From: Chitinophaga pinensis | GTDB lineage: Bacteria > Bacteroidota > Bacteroidia > Flavobacteriales_D > Crocinitomicaceae | NCBI GenBank assembly: GCA_943324565.2 | Contig: CALPMC020000002.1 | Coordinates: forward strand, 963 to 64,962 | DNA: 64,000 nt | Reading direction: 5' to 3' | Shown here: piece by piece, positions 1 through 7,224 of the stretch | Numbering within the stretch: position 1 is the first letter of the stretch | Layout: each line of letters starts with the position of its first letter | The notes under the pieces: generated by a model | What the model was told of the DNA's origin: nothing | What the model saw: only the letters and a program-made list of their open reading frames with translations | Database searches by the model: none | Translations under genes and position numbers: made by a program

Positions 1-406
1 GTGCATTTCCCATTGATAACAACATTTCTGGTGTTTCAGGCTCACTGCGGTCAAAACCAATCAATTCAACTAAGAAAATCCACATGCGCATAAAATCGTA
101 AACCAAAATAAATTTTTGGTCTGGTTCTTCTAAGAAATCTTTGATGGTAGCGCTTTTCATTGTTGCAGCTGGTGCATCTAAAGAATCATCATCATACGTC
201 ATGTCCATCAAATTGATTTCATGACCTTTGTCCCAATCGTCATTTGAAACGTAGAAACTTGCCATTTGATCTCCCTTGAAATTAAAGGATTTTAAAATAG
301 CATGATATAACGATTCAAAATTGTCGGTATCAGAAATCAAAATATCTCTAAATATTTCTTCTTTCTTTTCTGAATCGAGTAAAACTCTAAATTTTAGTCC
401 TGGCAT
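1..406 (-). CDS. pRiA4b ORF-3-like family protein, truncated by the window edge (N-terminal 135 aa present)
   Basis: Not in the ORF track because it is open at the window edge. Manual reverse translation from ATG (406-404) gives MPGLKFRVLLDSEKKEEIFRDILISDTDNFESLYHAILKSFNFKGDQMASFYVSNDDWDKGHEI...FILVYDFMRMWIFLVELIGFD with no stop down to position 1. The YDFgd-W-f-v motif resembles this family (from memory). Confidence 0.55.
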   Translation of the reverse strand, partial: MPGLKFRVLLDSEKKEEIFRDILISDTDNFESLYHAILKSFNFKGDQMASFYVSNDDWDKGHEINLMDMTYDDDSLDAPAATMKSATIKDFLEEPDQKFILVYDFMRMWIFLVELIGFDRSEPETPEMLLSMGNA

Positions 407-452
407 ATTGTTGATTTTTCAATCTGTGTAAAATTAAAACTAATATCTATAT

Positions 453-481
453 AGTTGAAAGTTGAAAGCGGAAAGATAAAA
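453..481. repeat. Short-period purine-rich word repeat (AGTTGAAAGTTGAAAGCGGAAAGATAAAA)
   Basis: Direct reading. GTTGAAA x2 then GGAAAGATAAAA, between the cca stop (509) and the start of the upstream-edge gene (406). Same word family as 10560-10633. Confidence 0.6.
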
Positions 482-508
482 TTTTAGTATTGAATTTTAA
501 GATTTTTT

Positions 509-1927
509 TCAATCACTTTTTTTTAACCCAAGGTTTTCTGCAATTTGTAACATCAATTCGTAAGCTTGTTCTGGAGAATTTTCGATTTGTCCGTCCAAAA
601 TTGCTTCTTTAATTGTTGATTTGATAATGCCAATTTCAGCACAAGGTTGTAAGTTATAAGTGGTCATAATTAACTCACCACTCACAGGAGGTTGGAAATT
701 TCTAATTCTGTCCTTTTCCTCGACTGCTTTTAGTTTTTGAGCAACTAAATCAAAATTATTTTTGTATTTCTTTACTTTAAACTCATTTTTTGAAGTGATA
801 TCTGCATTGCATAACTTCATCAAATCATCAATGTCATCTCCTGCTTCACTCAATAATCTGCGAATAGCTGAGTCAGTAACGAACCCTTTCACAAGTGCAA
901 TTGGACGTAAATGAAGACGAACTAATTTTTGAACGTATTTCATTTTATTATCCAAAGGCAATTTTAAGTTTTTGAAAATTTTTGGAACCATTCGAGCACC
1001 TAAATCTTCGTGACCATGAAAAGTCCAACCAATTTCTTTATCGAATCTTTTAGTTGGTGGTTTTGCAATATCATGAAGAATTGCGGCCCATCTCAACCAT
1101 AAATCATCTGTGTTCAAAGCAATGTTATCCAAAACTTCAAGCGTATGCAAAAAGTTATCTTTATGTGCCTTTCTGTTAATTGTTTCAATTCCTTGAAGTG
1201 CAGTCATTTCAGGAAAGAATCGCTCTAATAATTGTGTTGATTGCAATAACTTAAACCCTCGAGAAGGAGTTTTGGTTAAAATGATTTTATTGAGTTCGTC
1301 GGCAATTCGTTCTTTAGAGATAATATCAATTCTTGCCGATTGTTTTAGAATAGCTTCTAAGCAATTAGCGTCAATTTTAAAGTCTAATCGTGTCGCAAAA
1401 CGAATCGCACGCAACATACGCAAAGGGTCATCGCTAAACGTAATTTCCGGTTCAAGCGGTGTTTTGATAATTCCTTTTTCTAAATCTTGAATCCCGTTAA
1501 ATGGATCAATAAGTTCACCGAAATTGGAAGGATGCAAACTTAAAGCCAAGGCATTAATTGTAAAATCTCGTCTATTTTGGTCGTCTTTTAAAGTGCCAAG
1601 TTGTGTTATTGGTTTGCGTGAATCGGTAGTATAAGACTCTTTTCGTGCACCTACAAATTCGACATCAATATCTTTGTAGCGAAAATGGGCAGTTCCGTAA
1701 GTTTTGAAAACACTTACTTTTTTAACCCTTAGAATACTTGCAACATCATTTGCTAATTGCGGTCCGTCACCAACAACTACTATGTCAATATCTTTGGAAG
1801 GATTTTCTAAAAGTAAATCGCGTACAAAACCACCAATAACATAAGCTTCAAGATTTTTTTCGCCGATGTACTTGGAAATAACTTTAAAAACGGGATGTTT
1901 AAGCGCTTGCGCGTAATTAGTTGACAT
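509..1927 (-). CDS. cca: CCA-adding tRNA nucleotidyltransferase / poly(A) polymerase family with HD domain
   Basis: 472-aa ORF. N-terminal GGFVRDLLL..KDIDIVV nucleotidyltransferase motif, RRDFTINALA motif, and a C-terminal HD region (LHDIAKP...HGHE). Confidence 0.85.
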   Translation of the reverse strand: MSTNYAQALKHPVFKVISKYIGEKNLEAYVIGGFVRDLLLENPSKDIDIVVVGDGPQLANDVASILRVKKVSVFKTYGTAHFRYKDIDVEFVGARKESYTTDSRKPITQLGTLKDDQNRRDFTINALALSLHPSNFGELIDPFNGIQDLEKGIIKTPLEPEITFSDDPLRMLRAIRFATRLDFKIDANCLEAILKQSARIDIISKERIADELNKIILTKTPSRGFKLLQSTQLLERFFPEMTALQGIETINRKAHKDNFLHTLEVLDNIALNTDDLWLRWAAILHDIAKPPTKRFDKEIGWTFHGHEDLGARMVPKIFKNLKLPLDNKMKYVQKLVRLHLRPIALVKGFVTDSAIRRLLSEAGDDIDDLMKLCNADITSKNEFKVKKYKNNFDLVAQKLKAVEEKDRIRNFQPPVSGELIMTTYNLQPCAEIGIIKSTIKEAILDGQIENSPEQAYELMLQIAENLGLKKSD

Positions 1928-1962
1928 TAAAGAAAAGGTATAATTTTGATAAGAAAGTTGAA

Positions 1963-2544
1963 TTAATCGTCATCTTCTTCGTCATCAAAATCTTCTTCGT
2001 CTTTACGTTTGTAGGAAAACAATTCTAAATCATCTAAATCGTCGTCATCGTCAAAAAACTTTTTCTCTTTTCCGCTTTTTTTGAAAGCATCCATTTTTGG
2101 TTTTTTGTTTCGAGAATCTGAATCAATTGTTTTTTTGTCTTTGTCTTTGTTGATTTTCTTTTTTGGCTCGTTTGCAGGAATTTCTAAAGATATAGGTAAG
2201 ATATTTGGCTCTCTATTCGGAAATCCACCTTCAGTTCTTGGTTCTCTTGGTTTTTGATTAAAATCACCATTCGGAGTTCTTGGGTTTGGTGTACGATTTT
2301 CACGTTGCTCTGCTTCTTTAACTGCAATTGGTCTTCCATTAATAAGTTGACCGTCAAGTGCACTTATTGCATTCATGGCTTCGTTTCTGTCTGCCATTTC
2401 CACAAAAGCAAAACCTCTCGATTTACCTGTTTCTCTGTCGGTTGCAACATTTGCTTTAAGAACTTTACCATGTTGAGCGAACAAATCTCGTAATTGATCG
2501 CTAGAAAAACCAAAATCTAATTTGGCTACAAAAATACTGGTCAT
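1963..2544 (-). CDS. RRM-type RNA-binding protein with a long charged C-terminal tail
   Basis: The N-terminal ~80 aa carry RNP-2-like IFVAKL and RNP-1-like RGFAFVEM motifs. A ~110-aa low-complexity tail follows, ending DDDDDLDDLELFSYKRKDEEDFDDEEDDD. Confidence 0.85.
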   Translation of the reverse strand: MTSIFVAKLDFGFSSDQLRDLFAQHGKVLKANVATDRETGKSRGFAFVEMADRNEAMNAISALDGQLINGRPIAVKEAEQRENRTPNPRTPNGDFNQKPREPRTEGGFPNREPNILPISLEIPANEPKKKINKDKDKKTIDSDSRNKKPKMDAFKKSGKEKKFFDDDDDLDDLELFSYKRKDEEDFDDEEDDD

Positions 2545-2627
2545 AAAAGAATAAAAACGTCTATTTTGTTGATTAAATAATAATTTACGGTTCGAAATTA
2601 GAACAAATATTTAAAATAATACCTATT

Positions 2628-2665
2628 CAACTGTAAATAATACAGAATTAATTGTTTTACAGTTG
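2628..2665. promoter_or_regulatory. 10-bp inverted repeat CAACTGTAAA-N18-TTTACAGTTG upstream of the RRM gene
   Basis: Arms at 2628-2637 and 2656-2665 are perfect complements. They lie 84-121 nt upstream of the RRM ATG, in the divergent intergenic region. Confidence 0.4.
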
Positions 2666-2819
2666 TTTTACTATACTTTAAATATGTTTTCGCGAAATTT
2701 GACCTGAAAAAAAATGAATTTGGATTAGCTAAATCAAAGCGAAATTTAAACTATTTCTGTTAAAGTTTTTTCTACTATTTCTAAAATTTGTAACTTTCGC
2801 ATCTCTTATAGAAAAAAAA

Positions 2820-3209
2820 ATGGAAGACTTACGCATAAATGCTACTTCAACAACACCTGAAATTTCCTTTTCGAAGAATGGAATTATGGTAATTCAAGGT
2901 AAATCAATTCCAGATTCTGAAACAGATTTTTGGAGCGTAGTAAATGATTGGTTTCATATGTATATGTTTACACCAGCAAAAAAAACTACGTTTGAACTTC
3001 AAATTGATTATTTAAACACATCGTCTTCTAAGTCTGTTTTACACTTATTGTATCGTTTAAATGAATTGAGAGATAGAGGTTTAGATGCTCATGTTATTTG
3101 GTCTTACAATGAAAATGACTACGATATGCAAGAAGTAGGTAGAGACTATGAACACATGGTGAAAGTACCTTTTTCGTTTGTGAAAATCCAACAAGTTGTT
3201 CTGTCCTGA
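2820..3209 (+). CDS. DUF1987 / SiaC-like small regulatory protein
   Basis: 129 aa. The start (RINATSTTPEISFSKNGIMVIQGKSIPDSETDFW) and the overall length and pattern match my recollection of the DUF1987 family. Confidence 0.6.
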   Translation: MEDLRINATSTTPEISFSKNGIMVIQGKSIPDSETDFWSVVNDWFHMYMFTPAKKTTFELQIDYLNTSSSKSVLHLLYRLNELRDRGLDAHVIWSYNENDYDMQEVGRDYEHMVKVPFSFVKIQQVVLS

Positions 3210-3251
3210 TTCCGTTATTTTTTTTGATTTTAATTCATTAATTACATTAGG

Positions 3252-3740
3252 TTGAATCTAAAAGATAGCGAAGCATTAATTGAATCAAAGGTTCAGTTGG
3301 AACTTACGAAAAAAGTTTTTCGGAAATGGAAACAAGCTAAACCGAAAGATTTAGACCAAAAATTTCACAAGGAACATACGGCTGAATTCAAAAAAATGGA
3401 TTGTTTGCAATGCGCAAATTGCTGTAAAACTACAAGTCCAATTTTTAGAGACGCCGATATTCGGAGAATTTCCAAGCATTTGCGTATCAAAGAATCGCAG
3501 TTTATTCAATCATTTTTAAAGATGGATGAAGAAAATGATTATGTTTTGCAGAAATCACCTTGTCATTTTTTGGGTTCCGGTAACAAATGTGACATCTACG
3601 AAGTTAGACCATTGGCTTGTCGCGAATATCCACATACGGACCGCAAAAACATGTTTCAAATTTTGGAATTAACCGCTGAAAATACATTGATTTGTCCTGC
3701 TGTAGCTAGAATTGTGAAAACAATTACAGAGAAGAATTAA
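3252..3740 (+). CDS. YkgJ-family cysteine-cluster (putative Fe-S/zinc) protein
   Basis: CLQCANCCKT cluster plus a distal C..C..C pattern (SPCHFLG..NKCDIYEVRPLACREYP) typical of UPF0153/YkgJ. TTG start as called; start uncertain. Confidence 0.7.
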   Translation: MNLKDSEALIESKVQLELTKKVFRKWKQAKPKDLDQKFHKEHTAEFKKMDCLQCANCCKTTSPIFRDADIRRISKHLRIKESQFIQSFLKMDEENDYVLQKSPCHFLGSGNKCDIYEVRPLACREYPHTDRKNMFQILELTAENTLICPAVARIVKTITEKN

Positions 3741-3762
3741 AGTTTTTTGTTTGTTAAAAAGT

Positions 3763-4659
3763 ATGATTGCTTTTCATCCTATTTATGTTCATCCATTGCC
3801 AGAAAATCACCGTTTTCCAATGGAGAAATATGACCTTTTAAAAAGGCAATTATTACACGAAGGAATTGTAGAAGAAAGTTGTTTTTTTGAACCTGATCTA
3901 CTTTCATATAATCAATTACTTAACGTTCATTCATTGGAGTATTGGGATAAATTAAGTGGTTTGAAATTGACAGAACGAGAGCAGCGAGTTTCAGGTTTTG
4001 TACATTCTAACCAGTTGATTGAGCGTGAACTAAAGATTATGGAAGGCACGCGAAAAGCTGCTGAATTGGCGCTTCAAACAGGACTAGCTTTTAATATCGC
4101 AGGTGGAACGCATCATGCTTTTTATGGAAGAGGCGAGGGTTTTTGTCTGTTGAACGATCAAGTGATTGCGGCAAAATGGTTATTGGAAAATACACAAATT
4201 CAACACATTTTAATTGTCGATTTAGATGTTCACCAAGGAAACGGAACAGCTTCTTTGTGTGAAAATGAAGACCGAATTTTTACGTTTAGTATGCACGGAT
4301 CAGGTAATTATCCGCTGAAAAAAGAAAAATCAGATTTAGACATTGACTTACAAGACGGAATTAGGGATAAAGAATATTTGTTTTTGCTTGAATCAAACCT
4401 TGACAAAGTCATTTCAACATTTAAACCTGATTTTATTTTTTATCAATCTGGAGTTGATGTGTTAGAAAGTGATAAACTTGGACGTCTTTCCCTTTCACTA
4501 AAAGGCAGTTTTGAACGTGATTCAATAGTATATAATACAGTAAGACAATTTAAAGTTCCTGTTGTTACTACAATGGGTGGGGGTTATAGTCCGCAAATTA
4601 AAGATATTGTGAATGCACATGCTAATACATTTAAAGCGGCATTTGAGATTTTGACATAA
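3763..4659 (+). CDS. Histone deacetylase-family (HDAC11-like) deacylase
   Basis: GGTHHA, DLDVHQGNG and GGGY motifs of the arginase/deacetylase fold. I prefer ATG 3763 (MIAFHP) over the TTG at 3751. Confidence 0.85.
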   Translation: MIAFHPIYVHPLPENHRFPMEKYDLLKRQLLHEGIVEESCFFEPDLLSYNQLLNVHSLEYWDKLSGLKLTEREQRVSGFVHSNQLIERELKIMEGTRKAAELALQTGLAFNIAGGTHHAFYGRGEGFCLLNDQVIAAKWLLENTQIQHILIVDLDVHQGNGTASLCENEDRIFTFSMHGSGNYPLKKEKSDLDIDLQDGIRDKEYLFLLESNLDKVISTFKPDFIFYQSGVDVLESDKLGRLSLSLKGSFERDSIVYNTVRQFKVPVVTTMGGGYSPQIKDIVNAHANTFKAAFEILT

Positions 4660-4713
4660 AAAAAGGAGGTTTAACGAACTTCTTAATTTTCACTTTGAAT
4701 ATATTTATATGTT

Positions 4714-6978
4714 TTAATTCTTTACCAATTTTTTAGTGTGAATTTGACCGTTTTTAGTTTGTAAAATTACAATGTAATATCCTGAATTCCAATTAGAAGC
4801 GTCTATTTGTTGTTCTGTTTCAACTTCATCAGTTTGATATATAATTCGACCTTGAATATCGCAGATTTTTAAATTCCCAGTTTTAATTTCGTTCAATTGA
4901 AGTGTAAAGGTGTTGTTTGTCGGATTAGGGAAAATAGCAAATGTTGCTTCTTTCAATTCATTTTTTCCAACAAAACATGTATTTGGAGCGTTAAAAGTTG
5001 GAGTTGAATAATCGAAATTCACACCACCATCAGGACATCTCGAATACGAAATATTTTTCGTTTGTGCACCAATTGTAAGTTGATCAAATATGTTTAACCC
5101 ATCACTAAATATAACATTATCACCTAAAGAACTTAACTTAAAGTTAGTATGTAAACCTAATTGAGTAATGTCATTATCGCACCAAACTATAATTCTACCA
5201 TTTGCAGGAATACTTGTTCCAACTGGGAATGGCCATTTACCTAGGTCTGTTGAAAGATCAGTTAAATACAAACCTGATAAATCTATTCCGGTTGATTTGG
5301 TGTTATACAATTCAATCCAATCGTCACTTTCTCCGTTTGAGTCATAGCCATATTGACTATTTGATGCTAAAACTTCATTGATAAGAACATCTCCATCCAC
5401 TGCGAAAGGTATAGAAATCGCTAAATTGTAATACTCATGTTCTGCACGTTGAGGACTGAATTTTCCTGCATTTGCATTTTCTGCATAGATGTAATAATGA
5501 AAATTAACACCATTTAATGTAACTGCTGCACCAAAAACATGATCTCCAGCACCACCATCACCATGTGCACCATCGTCAAACATTTGAACACGATTAAATT
5601 TTAATTCTTTACTATAGCGGTAACCTAAAAAAACTGAGGTTTCATTAGCGCAAGTAGCCGTTATGAAAACTGAAGAACCATAAGTTGGTGCAGAATTACT
5701 AACAGCATAAGCAGTTATAGAAGGAGCTAAAAGAATATAGTTTGAATTTGAATTGAAAAAAGTAACACGAGCATCCATTAACGTTTTAATTCCAGGTATT
5801 GATTGTCCTCCACCTGGACCACCACCACTTGTTACAGCAGTTGTCAAACCGTTTTGATACTGTGTGTAAGTATAAAATTTATAAGGATCTGCTTGAACGT
5901 AAGAATCAATTGTTGCTTTGATCGTATTTGCTTTATTAACAAAATCTTGCGACTCAAAAACTTCTTGAACAATTGTTCGAATATGAGCTAAATACATTCT
6001 TTTGTACATTGGATTGCTCATCAATTTTAAAATCAAAGGATGATTTGTTGAAGTACTGTTAGACAATGGGTCAAGAGTGGTAGCTGTGTAACTTCCAGAA
6101 CCGGTTCCACCTGGGAAACCAGCAAAACTCATGTTCAAATCCCAAACTGTTGGTACAAAACGATCATTTAAATCCCAAGTTAAATAATAGTTCTGACGAA
6201 ACGCACCACTATAAGAATCTAAATTAACCAAAACATTATTAAAAGCCAACATCCATATTGCTCTATCAACATCTATTTTTGACTCAATGTTTGTGAAATC
6301 ATTATTGAGAACATTAATCAAATCAACTAATTTATTCCATCCAAAATCTGTTTGTAATTCATAGCCATTGAAATAAGCGCTACTATCCATACTAATATAT
6401 TTTAAATCTGGATTTACAGTTGCACCTGGTCCAGCACCACCAATTGGATTACATTTAAAATAAGATTCATTGCTATTATAATAATGCTCACCATTAAACT
6501 TTTTATCTATACTTTCAGCATTTGAATAAACACCTCTTAATGTACCGTTGATGTAAACATTCGCAAAATTTGCTTTTGGACAATCCATATATTGTTCTAA
6601 AACGGCATATGATAAAACTTCGCGAATCATTGACGGGTCTTGATAGCCATTTTGAAGTTTGACACTTGTATAACCTTGATAATCTTGACTTCCTTTAATG
6701 TAATCTAAATTTAGATGTAAAGGATTTTTGTTGTTATTGGCATTATAAGAACTATTTCCTTTGTACTTCACTCCAACAGAATCAAATGTTACACCATTAA
6801 TTCGTACAGAATCAGCAATGATATAAGCTTCGGTAGCGGTTGCAGCATCTAATTGTGCGTCCCAATTTGTAAAAGCAAAGAAAATTTCAATTTTTTGAAC
6901 GGTTGCTCTGTCATAGAAATCTTGAGCGAACAAACTTCCAATTAGAAAATTGAACAAAAATAATAGTCTGATTTTCAT
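4714..6978 (-). CDS. Secreted CotH-family protein with lamin-tail domain and T9SS type A C-terminal sorting domain
   Basis: Signal peptide; long CotH-like N-terminal region. LTD signature: LINEVLASN...DDWIELYNTKSTGIDLSGLYLTD. C-terminal FAIFPNPTNNTFTLQL...GYYIVILQT...KLVKN is typical of the Por secretion tail. Confidence 0.75.
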   Translation of the reverse strand: MKIRLLFLFNFLIGSLFAQDFYDRATVQKIEIFFAFTNWDAQLDAATATEAYIIADSVRINGVTFDSVGVKYKGNSSYNANNNKNPLHLNLDYIKGSQDYQGYTSVKLQNGYQDPSMIREVLSYAVLEQYMDCPKANFANVYINGTLRGVYSNAESIDKKFNGEHYYNSNESYFKCNPIGGAGPGATVNPDLKYISMDSSAYFNGYELQTDFGWNKLVDLINVLNNDFTNIESKIDVDRAIWMLAFNNVLVNLDSYSGAFRQNYYLTWDLNDRFVPTVWDLNMSFAGFPGGTGSGSYTATTLDPLSNSTSTNHPLILKLMSNPMYKRMYLAHIRTIVQEVFESQDFVNKANTIKATIDSYVQADPYKFYTYTQYQNGLTTAVTSGGGPGGGQSIPGIKTLMDARVTFFNSNSNYILLAPSITAYAVSNSAPTYGSSVFITATCANETSVFLGYRYSKELKFNRVQMFDDGAHGDGGAGDHVFGAAVTLNGVNFHYYIYAENANAGKFSPQRAEHEYYNLAISIPFAVDGDVLINEVLASNSQYGYDSNGESDDWIELYNTKSTGIDLSGLYLTDLSTDLGKWPFPVGTSIPANGRIIVWCDNDITQLGLHTNFKLSSLGDNVIFSDGLNIFDQLTIGAQTKNISYSRCPDGGVNFDYSTPTFNAPNTCFVGKNELKEATFAIFPNPTNNTFTLQLNEIKTGNLKICDIQGRIIYQTDEVETEQQIDASNWNSGYYIVILQTKNGQIHTKKLVKN

Positions 6979-7124
6979 AGAGTTAATTTTTTAGTTTGAT
7001 TTGAAATTTTTAAATAGTTTGAATTTCAAGTTTAATTAAAGCCTTTAGTTGACAAATTGAATCATAACTTGCTTTATTTATTAAATTAAAATTAATTAAA
7101 TATTTTTTAAATGTTAAATCCGTA

Positions 7125-7151
7125 TTACAAAGGAAACGAATTCCTTTGTAA
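7125..7151. promoter_or_regulatory. Perfect 11-bp inverted repeat TTACAAAGGAA-ACGAA-TTCCTTTGTAA
   Basis: Arms at 7125-7135 and 7141-7151. It sits 24 nt upstream of the TATTTTTG box at 7175, in the divergent CotH / capD-like intergenic region. No gene ends here, so an operator is more likely than a terminator. Confidence 0.45.
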
Positions 7152-7174
7152 GTTTCTACTATTTTTCTTTTTCC

Positions 7175-7182
7175 TATTTTTG
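7175..7182 (+). promoter_or_regulatory. Bacteroidota -7 promoter box TATTTTTG (consensus TAnnTTTG)
   Basis: Exact consensus match 43 nt upstream of the called start at 7225. Confidence 0.4.
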
Positions 7183-7224
7183 TAAATAGTCAATTTTACC
7201 AGGGTTTTAAAAATAAATAGAAAT

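Noticed and set aside
1-406. pRiA4b ORF-3-like gene as evidence for a plasmid- or transposon-derived region at the window edge
   Set aside because: No transposase, inverted repeat or other mobile gene is visible in the available sequence. The family also occurs as stand-alone chromosomal genes. This cannot be judged without sequence upstream of the window.
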